A stretch of 64,000 nt of DNA. Origin: an uncultured delta proteobacterium. Lineage in GTDB: Bacteria > Desulfobacterota > Desulfobacteria > Desulfobacterales > SG8-13. The stretch lies in assembly GCA_963848135.1 (NCBI GenBank), contig CAWKCK010000017.1, positions 744,001 to 808,000 on the forward strand, read 5' to 3'. Within the stretch, counting starts at the first letter, position 1, and each line of letters starts with the position of its first letter. Positions 38,056 to 49,877 of this stretch are shown here, in pieces. The notes beneath the pieces are model-generated. The model saw only the letters and a program-made list of their open reading frames with translations. It was not told the origin of the DNA and did no database searches. Position numbers and translations under genes: made by a program.

Positions 38056-39036
38056 TCAGGAAGCACAAACATCTATGTTAACCGCGGAGGAACAGGTCTT
38101 GTTACGACCGCTATTTTTGGCACTGTACATGGCGACATCCGCGTTTCGAATAATCGCGGACCGATCGGTGCCATCTTCGGGGTAGGAGGCGATGCCGATG
38201 CTCGTGGTGACTTTCCCCTGGGGTTGCAATTCGCCGCCGTTGAACGGATAATTTTCGATCTCGATCCGCAATTTTTCAGCGACGATCTCGGCCCCCCCTT
38301 TGGGTGTGTCGGGAAGGATAATGACGAACTCCTCTCCACCATAGCGGGCCACAACATCCGATTCCCTGACAAAATCACGCAGGATATCGGCAAGCTGGCT
38401 GAGGAGGCGGTCGCCCTTTTGGTGGCCGTGGGTGTCATTGTAACACTTGAAATAATCCAAATCAAAAAAGATCAATGAAAATAACCCATTAGTACGCTGG
38501 CAGCGTTTAATTTCCGCCTTCAGGTAATCCTGAAAGTACTGATGGTTGTAAAGTCCGGTCAGCGCATCGCGGCACGCCATCTGGTTCAGAATCTTGTTGG
38601 CGCTTTTGAGTTCGGCATTTTTTTTCTGCAGTGAATTGAGCAATCTGCGGTTTTCTTCGGTTAAACAGACTTTCTCTATGGCCCGCTTCGCTCCCGCGGA
38701 TATGATGCTGAGGTCCTCGAACGGCTTCAGGAGGTAATCATAAGCCCCATTGCGCAGGGCCTCCAGGGCGGTCTCGAGGGACGCAAAACTGGTTATGATA
38801 ATCACCTGCGTATCCGGACAGCGTTCCTTGACCTCTTTTAATAGTTCCAGGCCGTTCATTCCCGGCATTTTAATATCGGAAATGACGAGCGCAAACGACT
38901 TCTGTCCTAAAAGTTCCAAGCCCTCTTCGCCACTGGCCGCCGCCGTAACGGCATAGCCGTCTTTCTCGAGTACCTGGGTGAGAACGCTGCGTATCGACAG
39001 TTCATCATCGACAATCAGGATTTCGATTTTATCCAT
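38056..39036 (-). CDS. REC-GGDEF diguanylate cyclase
   Basis: SDIKMPG receiver, DALTGLYN, RESD I-site, RYGGEEF; GGAGG RBS. Confidence 0.93.
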   Translation of the reverse strand: MDKIEILIVDDELSIRSVLTQVLEKDGYAVTAAASGEEGLELLGQKSFALVISDIKMPGMNGLELLKEVKERCPDTQVIIITSFASLETALEALRNGAYDYLLKPFEDLSIISAGAKRAIEKVCLTEENRRLLNSLQKKNAELKSANKILNQMACRDALTGLYNHQYFQDYLKAEIKRCQRTNGLFSLIFFDLDYFKCYNDTHGHQKGDRLLSQLADILRDFVRESDVVARYGGEEFVIILPDTPKGGAEIVAEKLRIEIENYPFNGGELQPQGKVTTSIGIASYPEDGTDRSAIIRNADVAMYSAKNSGRNKTCSSAVNIDVCAS

Positions 39037-39102
39037 CCAATAGCCTCCATCCTTTGTAATGCTTTGAAACGGTGGTTTCGAAATACACAAATGCTTTAAC
39101 AA

Positions 39103-39129
39103 TCATCGGCAATATATTTAAAAAGTTGA
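39103..39129 (-). promoter_or_regulatory. putative sigma28 (FliA) promoter TCAA-N15-GCCGATGA
   Basis: Matches TAAA/TCAA-N15-GCCGATAA; upstream of the diguanylate cyclase operon. Confidence 0.65.
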
Positions 39130-39168
39130 GAACCTCCGGATCATTTTCCGGTAATTGCGTGGCAGGTC

Positions 39169-39195
39169 TCAAGTTTTTCACGAATACTCCGATAG
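39169..39195 (+). promoter_or_regulatory. putative sigma28 promoter TCAAG-N14-TCCGATAG
   Basis: Divergent partner of the promoter at 39103-39129. Confidence 0.55.
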
Positions 39196-39314
39196 AAATT
39201 ATGCATGAATTCCACGATCAAATGACATGCTGAGCACCCGCGTTCCCAAGTTGACGATGGTTGAAAGTGAGCGTTTGAAGTTTTAAAAGAAAAATACCCG
39301 GGGAGATCTTGCCC

Positions 39315-40187
39315 ATGATGAACATCATACTATCGGCGCTGATTCTCTTTTTGTTGCTGGAAACACCGCCCGCATGGGCGGAAGTCGTCGTGGCCGCCAA
39401 GAAAGTGAACGCCGCCCCTGTAATTGACGGCCGAATGTCGGACGCCCCCTGGTCTCAAGCCCGCGAAGTCATCGTTCACGACCCGATAGCCAGGCACAAT
39501 ATCGCTTTGAAGGCCGTGTACACCGATAAAAATATCTATTTCCTGGTGCGTTATCCCGATTCCGATGCGTCCCGAATACACAAACCCTGGCGCTGGAGTT
39601 CAGTCACAGGTCAATATGAGATGGGGCCGGAAAGAGAGGATGTCTTCGTATTCAAATGGCTCATAAATGCCGAATCGGCCGATTTAAGCATTTATGCTGA
39701 TGAATCGTGGCAGGCAGACGTCTGGTACTGGAAAGCCAACCGCACCGATCCCGCCGGTTTTGCCGACGATAAAATCCAGACCCTCCTGAGCAGTCCCTTT
39801 CGACGAACCTTCCCGGTGAACTCGCGATCAGGAGAAAAGATGTACCTGCTGCGGGAGGGAGATGCGGGTCGCTCGGCTTACACATCAGTAATGCAGCTTG
39901 AATACAACGGCGATCTTATCCCGCAATACGAAACCATCGCGCCGACGGGCAGCCGCGCCGATATCCGGGCCAAGGGTGAATGGTCCAACGGAGAGTGGTG
40001 TATCGAGTTCGGCCGCCCCCTTAACACCAGTCACAACGACGATATCCAATTTGATATTAACGGCAGGTACCTCTTCGGCGTTTCCCGTTTCGAAATCGCC
40101 GGACGCAAGCCCGATGCGGCCATCAGCCAACCACTGTATGGTTGCGGTGACGTTTCCGCGAAGATGTATCTTGTTTTTGACCGCTAA
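39315..40187 (+). CDS. exported ethylbenzene-dehydrogenase-gamma-like (DOMON/EB_dh heme-binding) protein
   Basis: Signal peptide (AWA|EV); P.IDG...W, LKAVY...IYFLV, DVWYWKA.RT, W..EF.R.L.T...DDIQF. Confidence 0.75.
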   Translation: MMNIILSALILFLLLETPPAWAEVVVAAKKVNAAPVIDGRMSDAPWSQAREVIVHDPIARHNIALKAVYTDKNIYFLVRYPDSDASRIHKPWRWSSVTGQYEMGPEREDVFVFKWLINAESADLSIYADESWQADVWYWKANRTDPAGFADDKIQTLLSSPFRRTFPVNSRSGEKMYLLREGDAGRSAYTSVMQLEYNGDLIPQYETIAPTGSRADIRAKGEWSNGEWCIEFGRPLNTSHNDDIQFDINGRYLFGVSRFEIAGRKPDAAISQPLYGCGDVSAKMYLVFDR

Positions 40188-40202
40188 CAGCGAAGAACGA
40201 TC

Positions 40203-41843
40203 ATGTCATTTCACCGTGCACGAATATTTGGTTTAGGACTCCTGGTCGTCGTCCTTATAACCATCGGGATGATCCCCACCGTCATCATCATCGATTTTTC
40301 TGACAACGATCAGCGTTTTTTTCACAGTATGGAAGTCTCCAGGCTTGTCAGCCATCTTGGCGATCATTTCTGGCACGCCTCACTTCGTTTTGATCGTTTC
40401 ATGTTGCACCCGCAAGATGGGGATCTTTCTATTGAAAGGCATTTATTCCTGGCCCTGGATTATGCCAACACCCTTAAAACACACCTTGGAAAGACGAACG
40501 AACCCGATAATGTCACCGAAATCGCCACGGTCATCCGTTTGATCGGTAGCCTCAGAGCCTATAGCCAGGCCGTTAAATACTATATGCAGGAGATTCTCTA
40601 CGACCCCGCTTCCGATAGTGCCGACCAGTTCGAAAGTGCTGCAACGACGGCGCAGCAAGAAACAATTGATACCCTATTCCAAATCAACCGAACAGTTAGA
40701 ACCGATATTCAACAAATTCATCATAAAATTAACGATGACATTAAATTCGGTCAGTCGGTGTCATTGTCCGGGCTACTCATCGGTATCCTGACGGCCGTAA
40801 TCATTTCGGTGATTTTAGCGAAATCCCTCGCTAAGCCCTTAAAGGCCTTATTGAAGGGTACCCAAAGGGTGGCTGACGGCGATTTGAATTATCTTATCAC
40901 CTCCACGGACAAGGATGAAATCGGAAAAGTGACCCAGGCCTTCAATGACATGACCCGAAAACTGGCTTTCAATATGGCGCAACAGAAAAAATTGCTCCGC
41001 AAGGCCAATCGCGCGGCGGAATCTGAACAAAAAAAGGTAAAATCACTCGCCCGGCTCAACGCTGTGCTGAGATCGGAAATTAGACGGCGTAAATCGATAG
41101 AGGCCGAATTGAAGAGAGCCAAGGACACGGCTTTGGCCGGCAGCCAAGCCAAAAGCAATTTTATGGCCGGTATGAGCCATGAGCTGCGAACGCCGTTAAA
41201 CCACATCATCGGCTTTACCGAAATGACCGTCGACGGCCGGCTGGGCAAATTAAATGATAAACAGCTGAAATACCTGGATTATGTCCTTCAGAGCGGTGAG
41301 CATCTGCTATCGCTCGTAAACGATATTCTCGATCTCGCCAAAGTCGAAGCCGGCAAAGATGAATTGAAACTGTCGCCGGTCAATTTGGAAAAACTGATGC
41401 GAAACAGTCTGACCTTGGTCAAGGAAAAAGCAATGAAACACAGGATCCAGCTTTCGCTCAAGACCGTCAATATGCCCGAGACGATCACCGTCGATGAACG
41501 TAAGCTGAAGCAGATTCTCTTCAATCTCATATCCAATGCCGTCAAGTTTACCGGTGACAACGGCCGGGTGGACCTGACGGCTAAAAGCGCCAAAGATGGC
41601 AGCCATATTGAGATTTCGGTGATTGACTCCGGCATCGGTATCGATGCCGAGCATCTGACACGAATATTCGCGCCTTTCGAGCAGGTCGACGGATCATGCG
41701 GCCGTCCATATGAAGGCACCGGATTGGGGTTGTCCCTATCGAAAAAGCTGGTGGAACTTCACGGTGGCCGGATCTGGGCCCAAAGCGACGGTGAAGGCCA
41801 GGGAAGCCGGTTCAATTTCAGCCTGCCTGTGTTCGCCAACTGA
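40203..41843 (+). CDS. membrane sensor histidine kinase (periplasmic domain, HAMP)
   Basis: 2 TM, DEIG..AFN.M HAMP, MSHELRTPLN, GTGLGL. Confidence 0.92.
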   Translation: MSFHRARIFGLGLLVVVLITIGMIPTVIIIDFSDNDQRFFHSMEVSRLVSHLGDHFWHASLRFDRFMLHPQDGDLSIERHLFLALDYANTLKTHLGKTNEPDNVTEIATVIRLIGSLRAYSQAVKYYMQEILYDPASDSADQFESAATTAQQETIDTLFQINRTVRTDIQQIHHKINDDIKFGQSVSLSGLLIGILTAVIISVILAKSLAKPLKALLKGTQRVADGDLNYLITSTDKDEIGKVTQAFNDMTRKLAFNMAQQKKLLRKANRAAESEQKKVKSLARLNAVLRSEIRRRKSIEAELKRAKDTALAGSQAKSNFMAGMSHELRTPLNHIIGFTEMTVDGRLGKLNDKQLKYLDYVLQSGEHLLSLVNDILDLAKVEAGKDELKLSPVNLEKLMRNSLTLVKEKAMKHRIQLSLKTVNMPETITVDERKLKQILFNLISNAVKFTGDNGRVDLTAKSAKDGSHIEISVIDSGIGIDAEHLTRIFAPFEQVDGSCGRPYEGTGLGLSLSKKLVELHGGRIWAQSDGEGQGSRFNFSLPVFAN

Positions 41844-42021
41844 TATAAATTATTTCCATATTGTTGAGATAACACCGGTGCCTATTAGCCCTTCCTGCCG
41901 ACCATCAAATTATATTCCGAATGCAAATTGAATAATTTATACAAATATACTATAATTGATAGACTTTGTATTACGCTTATGGCCTTTTCCGCCAATTTCA
42001 AACTGAACGATATGCATCTTC

Positions 42022-44342
42022 ATGGGCGAACCCAGAGATAAAAATATCAACTATTTAAAGCGTTTATTCCCTGTCGGCGATGAGATCAGCGAGGCTTTCG
42101 ATCAAAGGCGCAAACTGATCATGCTCTATATCATCACCTTGGTCGCTATGGCTGCCCTGATTCCTTTGGGAATTGTCGCCTATGCCCAGCACAACAAAAC
42201 GCTGGGCCTTTTTGACCACTTCGTTGCGCTCGTGCTGGCAGTTAACCTTGTTTACATCATAAAATCTGGCAAGACTAAAATCCCGTCTATCATCGGCATT
42301 TCAATCGCCGGTGCCCTTTTTGTATATCTGTTCGTGACTGGTGGCGTAGACAATACCGGTCATCTCTGGCTATACACTTTTCCCCTTTTTTCGGCCTTTC
42401 TTCTGGGATTCCAGGGCGGAGCGATTGCCACCGGTATATTGTTCGTTATTGCGATCGCTTTTATCGCTGTCGGCCCCGAAAATTCCAAAATATTAACAAC
42501 TTACAACAAAGAATTCGTTATTCGATTCGTTCCTTCATTCTTGGTCGTCGTCGCCTATGCCTATATGTTTGAGAAACTGCGCGTAAGCGCCAATAACACA
42601 TTGATATCGAAAAATACTGAGCTTGAGCACGCTGTCGTATCTCTCAAGGATAAAGAAAGTGCCCTTCAGGATGCCCAGGCGACTCTCGAGCATAAAGTGC
42701 AGGAACGCACCGCTGATCTTGCCCGAATAAACGCCGAACTCCAATCATCCCAAAATCGTTTTACGACCGTTCTCGACAGCATCTCGGCCAATATTTATGT
42801 CGCCAATATGAAGACCGATGAAATTTTGTTTATGAACAAGCATATGCAGGATGAATTCGGTAAAAATTTTATCGGACAAAAGTGTTTTGTGGCCCTCAAA
42901 AATCTAGACAAACGCTGCAGTTATTGCCCGAATCCGATCCTCGTCGATGCGGATGGACATCCCACAAACGGCCTCATCTGGGAAAATTTCAATGACATAA
43001 CCCAGAAGTGGTACCTCAACAACGATCGCGCCATCAGTTGGGTGGACGGCCGCCTGGCGCGTTTGCAAGTTTCCGTTGATGTGACAGAAAGAAAAAAGGC
43101 CGAACAAGCGGTGCGAGAAATCAATCAAGAGCTCGAGCAACGGGTCACCGAAAGGACAATCGAGCTGGAAAGAAAAAACGAGTTGTTGACAACCGAAATA
43201 ATGGAGCATGAGAAAACCGAACGCGAATTGATCCAGAGCCAGGAAAGATTTCGCCAGGCGGTCGACAACTCACCCAATCCCATCTTTACCGTAGATGCGC
43301 AAGGACGGATTAGATCCTGGAACAAATCCTGTGAAACGGCTTTCCGGTATCCAAAGGATGTCATCAACCGGCGGTTCACTTTCTTGTTTGGAGACGGCGA
43401 GAACCAGGCCCTGGCTGACAGCATGCACAGCGCTGTCTTTCAAGGTAAGAAACTCGCAGATGTCGAGCTCTGCTACAAATGTGAGGATGGCGAGCGTCGT
43501 TTCATGGTCTCCCGCGTATACCCGGTGTTCGATCCAGATGGTGCTATCGATTACTGCGTTTTCGCCAATACGGACATTACCGAGCGCAAATATGCGGAGA
43601 TTGAAATCAGCAAATCCATGGAGAAAGCAGAGGCCGCCAATCGCGCCAAGAGTGAATTTCTGGCCAATATGAGCCATGAACTCCGCACCCCGTTAAATCA
43701 CATTATCGGATTTACCGAATTGATTACCGACAGTCGCTTTGGAGATTTAAATACGAAGCAGAAGAAATACCTGGGCAATGTCCTTCAGAGTGGCCAACAT
43801 CTTTTGGCGTTGGTAAACGATATCCTCGATATTTCCAAGGTCGAAGCCGGTAAACTCGAAGTGCAATCAACGCCTGTAGACTTGAAACGCCTGTTGCAAA
43901 ACTGCTTGATCATGGTCAAAGAGAAAGCCATTAGGCACGGCATCCGAATTTCCCTGGAAACCGACGGTATACTCGGAATAATTTCGGCCGATGAACGCAA
44001 ACTGAAGCAGATTCTGTACAATCTACTGGCCAATGCCGTCAAATTCACGCCTGACGGCGGAAGCGTGAATTGCATCGCATGCCCCGCGGGAACGAACGGA
44101 ACTATCGAAGTTTCGGTGACCGACACCGGCATCGGTATCAATCCGAATGACCTGACGCGCATATTCAATCCCTTTGAACAGGGCGATGGATCGATGAGCC
44201 GGAAATTTGAAGGCACCGGTCTGGGCTTGTCCCTGACCAAACAGCTGGTCGAGCTGCACGGCGGCAAAATCTGGGCTGAAAGCGACGGCGTGGGAAAGGG
44301 CGCTGCCTTTCGGTTTACGATCCCAACAGGAAAAGTGAGCAA

Positions 44343-44346
<4 letters not shown>
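42022..44346 (+). CDS. multi-TM PAS sensor histidine kinase
   Basis: About 6 N-terminal TM helices, two PAS domains, MSHELRTPLN, GTGLGL. Confidence 0.92.
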
Positions 44347-45881
<1,535 letters not shown>

Positions 45882-46004
45882 TGCCCATCCACGATTGTTG
45901 AGATAATCGATGGGCACATGTGTAAGTGTCCGATTCATAAATGAGCAATTTTTTCTCTGTGCGAGGCCGCGGCCTTTCGGTTTACGATCCCTATACATGC
46001 AAAC

Positions 46005-46151
46005 TAGAAGTGGTTTTAAAAACTTAGATCACGGCCAAGCGCAAGGCGTGGGCCGACGAAAAAACGCAGCATACATGGACGTATGTGAGTATTTTGAGGA
46101 GGACCACAACACAGCAATTGGGTGTTAGATGGGGTTTTGAAACCATTTCTA
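46005..46151. mobile_element. MITE-like element (~147 bp) bounded by TA
   Basis: Terminal inverted repeats TAGAAGTGGTTTTAAAA / TTTTGAAACCATTTCTA; size and internal layout resemble 28302-28446. Confidence 0.7.
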
Positions 46152-46307
46152 ATGGTTTTATCAACAATACCGATAACATTCTTATCAGCAGCCGATGACA
46201 TTTACCTTCGAGTTAGGGTTAAGAATCATTCGAAGGGACTTCCCTGATAAAATCCAAAGGAAATCCCACTTGAATTCGGGTGCTTAAAAAATGGTTTCCT
46301 ATACGCT

Positions 46308-47726
46308 ATGGCCAAGATACTGATAATCGACGACGATGAGATGATGTGCGAACGTTTTAGCTTTCTGATCGACAGCCTCGGTCAAGCATCTGATCGCGCG
46401 CACACACTCGAACTGGGCCTCAAAAAAGCCGCCGCAGAAAATTTCGACATCGTGCTTCTCGATGTCTACCTGCCCGACGGGTACGGCATCGATGCCGTTG
46501 CCAAGGTCAAAGAAATGCCTTCCCGGCCCGAAGTGATCATCATTACGGCCAACGGGGACCCGGATGCGGCCGAGCTCGCCATCAAAGGCGGTGCCTGGGA
46601 TTACATCGAAAAATCGCCGCGAGAAAAGGCCATGCTGCTGCCTCTCAAACGGGCCCTGGCCTACCGTGAGGAAAAAACAACCCACACAGTACCCGTCGCC
46701 TTGAAGTACGACGGAATCGTGGGAAAAAGCCAGGCCATGGGAGACTGTCTGAACCTTCTGGCCCTGGCCGCGACCTGCGATATCAATGTTCTCGTCACCG
46801 GAGAGACCGGTACCGGCAAGGAACTCATGGCCCGGGCCATACACCTCAACAGCCGTCGCGCTGAGAGTAATTTCGTCATTGTCGACTGCACGGTCCTTCC
46901 TGAAAAATTGATTGAAAGCGTCCTTTTCGGGCATGAAAAAGGCGCATTCACCGGAGCGGACAAGGCCCATTCGGGTCTGATCGAGCAGGCCAACGGCGGC
47001 ACTCTTTTTCTCGATGAAATCGGTGAGCTGCCCCTGAAAACCCAGAAAACCTTTTTGCGGGTTCTGCAGGAACGCCGATTTCGAAGAATCGGTGCCAGAG
47101 AAGAGACCAAGAGCAATTTCAGGCTCGTAGCGGCGACCAACCGCAATCTCGAAAAAATGGTTGAAGACGGACTGTTCCGCAGGGACCTGCTTTACCGGCT
47201 GCGTTCTATGACCATTGAATTACCGCCGCTGAGAGAGCGCTGCGAGGACATCGGAGAGTTGGCCCGCTATCACGTGACCCGGCTGTGCGATCGGTACGGC
47301 CTGGACACCAAAGGATTTGCGCCTGAATTTTTCCAGGCTCTGGAGGCCTATTCCTGGCCTGGCAACATTCGTGAACTGGTCAACGCCCTTGACAACGCGC
47401 TGGCAGTCAGCGGCAAAGACCCCAAACTCTATCACACCCATTTACCTACCAACATCCGCGTTCATATGGCGCGCAATGCCGTGTGCATGGGCAATGGCCG
47501 CAATAGCCGTGTCAAGGAAAGTAAACCCCTCAACGGCAATTTCCCCAAATTCAAGGAATTCCGTCAGTCTATCGAGAAGAAATACCTGGAGGATCTCATC
47601 GCGCAGAGCCAGAGCGATGTTAAAAAAGCCTGCCAGGCCTCCGGTATTTCCCGCTCACGCCTTTACGAACTTCTCGCCAAGCACAAGCTATCCATTTCTT
47701 CCCCGCCGCCGCACTTGGAACAGTGA
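46308..47726 (+). CDS. NtrC-family sigma54-dependent response regulator
   Basis: IIDDD, LLDVYLPDG, GETGTGKE, GAFTGA, WPGNIREL, Fis-type HTH. Confidence 0.95.
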   Translation: MAKILIIDDDEMMCERFSFLIDSLGQASDRAHTLELGLKKAAAENFDIVLLDVYLPDGYGIDAVAKVKEMPSRPEVIIITANGDPDAAELAIKGGAWDYIEKSPREKAMLLPLKRALAYREEKTTHTVPVALKYDGIVGKSQAMGDCLNLLALAATCDINVLVTGETGTGKELMARAIHLNSRRAESNFVIVDCTVLPEKLIESVLFGHEKGAFTGADKAHSGLIEQANGGTLFLDEIGELPLKTQKTFLRVLQERRFRRIGAREETKSNFRLVAATNRNLEKMVEDGLFRRDLLYRLRSMTIELPPLRERCEDIGELARYHVTRLCDRYGLDTKGFAPEFFQALEAYSWPGNIRELVNALDNALAVSGKDPKLYHTHLPTNIRVHMARNAVCMGNGRNSRVKESKPLNGNFPKFKEFRQSIEKKYLEDLIAQSQSDVKKACQASGISRSRLYELLAKHKLSISSPPPHLEQ

Positions 47727-47910
47727 TCTCACCCATCGGTCGGCATACGAGGAAGGCCCTTTAAATGATCTCACCGCCCACTCGTTTTCACTCGCTCGAG
47801 CTTGCTATATTCCAGTAAGCCTTGAGCATGAACAAAAAAGGCTATACTCATTTTGATGCCAGTTACATGCAAGTTGGTTGGTAATCTGGGATCAAAAGAG
47901 GAGCATAGCC

Positions 47911-49164
47911 ATGAATACTAAATCGCAAAAAGTTAAAAGGGTCAATAGGCAACCAATGATCGTTAGTCTGGATATCGGTAAAGGGTCTCATTTTGGATAT
48001 TTCCGTGCCCCCAATGGGAAAGAAGAAAAACCTTTTGAAGTTACCAATTGCCGGTACGGTTTTGACCAATTTTGGAAGAAGCTGTGTCGGTTTAAAAAAG
48101 CCCATCGCTTGAGTCAGGTTCTGGTTGGCTTTGAGTCCACAGGGCCTTACGCCGAGCCGCTGCTGCACTTTTTGAGGCAGAAGCCGGTGCAGCTGGTGCA
48201 AATCAACCCGATGCACAGTAAGCGTGTGAAGGAACTTACCGGTAATTCTCCGAACAAGACCGATCGTAAAGACCCGCGAGTCATTGCCGATGTGATGATG
48301 CTCGGTCATTCTTTGACGGTGGTGGTTCCGGAAGGAGCGGCGGCCGAGCTGCGGCGGCTGACCCAGGCCAGAGAGCGCGCCATCAAAGAACGCACGGCCA
48401 TACTCAATCAGTTGCAGCATCTTGTGTTTGTCGTTTTCCCAGAGTTTTTGAAGGTGATCAAAACCGTTTCTTGTAAAACCGGCTTGTATCTGATCAGGCA
48501 TTGCCCTGCGCCGGGCGCCGTGTTGACTCTGGGCCTGGAGCAGTTGAGCCGGGACATGAGGCGTGTGAGCCGTGGCAGGATGGACCATCAACGGGCCAGG
48601 CAGCTGTTTCAGGCGGCAAAATCCTCGGTCGGAGTCACCGAAGGCCGCCAGAGCATTGTCTCGGAGATTGGCTACCTTGTGGATCAGATCGAAAGGATCA
48701 ATGCGTTTGTCGATCACCTGGAAGGCCGCATGAGAAGCTATTTGGAGCAAATCCCATACAGTCCGTATCTTCTTTCGATGCGAGGTATCGGCCTGATCAC
48801 CGTTGCCGGCTTGATCGGTGAGGTGGGAGACTTTCGTCAATTTTCCACGCTCCCTGAGATCACCAAACTGGCTGGTCTGGATTTGTTTGAGGTCAGTTCC
48901 GGCAAGCACCGCGGGCGACACCACATTTCCAAACGCGGACGACCGTTGATGCGCAAACTGTTGTATTTTGGCGCCATCAATACCGTTAAGTCCAATGGGA
49001 TTATGCATGTGCCTTACAACCGAATGATTGAGCGTGGAATGCCCAAAATCAAAGCTCTGGTGGCGATTTCGCGCAAACTGCTGGCGGTGATGTTTGCATT
49101 GGCCCGTGATGGCTCGATATATATCGAAGATTACAATACCCATCGTTGTCAACTAGCAGCTTGA
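47911..49164 (+). CDS. IS110-family transposase/recombinase
   Basis: DEDD motifs LDIGK, FESTG, KTDRKD; GIG.IT.A.LIGE.GD..F; SSGK serine; ISKRG; A.SRKL. Confidence 0.95.
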   Translation: MNTKSQKVKRVNRQPMIVSLDIGKGSHFGYFRAPNGKEEKPFEVTNCRYGFDQFWKKLCRFKKAHRLSQVLVGFESTGPYAEPLLHFLRQKPVQLVQINPMHSKRVKELTGNSPNKTDRKDPRVIADVMMLGHSLTVVVPEGAAAELRRLTQARERAIKERTAILNQLQHLVFVVFPEFLKVIKTVSCKTGLYLIRHCPAPGAVLTLGLEQLSRDMRRVSRGRMDHQRARQLFQAAKSSVGVTEGRQSIVSEIGYLVDQIERINAFVDHLEGRMRSYLEQIPYSPYLLSMRGIGLITVAGLIGEVGDFRQFSTLPEITKLAGLDLFEVSSGKHRGRHHISKRGRPLMRKLLYFGAINTVKSNGIMHVPYNRMIERGMPKIKALVAISRKLLAVMFALARDGSIYIEDYNTHRCQLAA

Positions 49165-49170
49165 TGTGAA

Positions 49171-49316
49171 AGCGGGGAGATTTTCATCTGCGCCATTAAG
49201 GCGATTTTTTCGACCTTCAGCTCGAGCATTCAAAACTCCCCGCTGTCACCAATTCCCGATGAAGCAAGATCAGAGCCGTTGGCGGACTCTCAAATACCAG
49301 GGTTGGAAATGGTGAC
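49171..49316 (+). ncRNA. candidate IS110 bridge/seek RNA (two stem-loops with internal loops)
   Basis: Stem AGCGGGGAG/CTCCCCGCT (49171-49244); stem GTCACCAATTCC/GGAAATGGTGAC (49245-49316) enclosing a large internal loop and an apical hairpin. Confidence 0.6.
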
Positions 49317-49363
49317 CTCATTATAAGCAAAAACTATTTTAAGTTCTTGACTACAATAAACCA

Positions 49364-49665
49364 GGCGCGAAGGACGCAGAGAAATTCGTTTTTTTGCTTT
49401 TCGCTGAGACGCCGAAAAGCAAAAAGCAACTTGCCCTTCGGGTAGAACTATGGGGCATCAGCGGCCTTTTAATTTAAAAATTTGGAAATACCGTAAAAAT
49501 TAGCGCTCTCGATCCGTTTCTGTTCGCCATAGGCGATCGCTTTTTATGTTCTCCTGAGGCCGAGCCAAGCTTCTTAAAACCGACCGGTCATCCCGCAGAT
49601 TCGGGACGTCTCAGCGGGAAACATAAAGAAAAATAAACTCTGCGCTCTTTGCGCCTTTGCGGTGA
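49364..49665. repeat. REP/MITE-like element with 28-bp terminal inverted repeats; left arm split by the IS110
   Basis: GGCGCGAAGGACGCAGAG ... CTCTGCGCTCTTTGCGCCTTTGCGGTGA, with internal hairpins. Confidence 0.65.
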
Positions 49666-49744
49666 ATATTTATTTCTATAATTACGAAACCATGTCTGAA
49701 TACTTTTTGCCGTTTTAGCACATAAAATCACGGTGTGATTTTAT

Positions 49745-49778
49745 ATCCGGTTTTCCGGACTCATCCGCTTTTCCGGAC
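49745..49778. promoter_or_regulatory. tandem enhancer-like sites ATCCG(G/C)TTTTCCGGAC
   Basis: Two near-identical quasi-palindromes, 18-bp period, about 100-130 bp upstream of a sigma54 promoter. Confidence 0.7.
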
Positions 49779-49877
49779 AATTTAACCCTCCCAAAAGCAG
49801 TAATACTTTCTCTTCTGCACCGGCAATTTTCAACCTAACTATTTCTAAATATTCACTATCATTAATTCTTACCTCAC

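Larger units (their letters stand above)
47781..49363 (+). mobile_element. IS110-family insertion sequence (inferred ends, CCA core at both junctions)
   Basis: Removing this span restores a 28-bp arm matching the inverted repeat at 49638-49665 (23/28). Confidence 0.7.

Noticed and set aside
39135..39151. TCCGGATCATTTTCCGG resembling the adhesin enhancer
   Set aside because: Different half-site spacing, single copy, and no nearby sigma54 promoter
47863..49152. 429-aa minus-strand ORF
   Set aside because: Antisense shadow of the IS110 transposase, with no recognisable motifs
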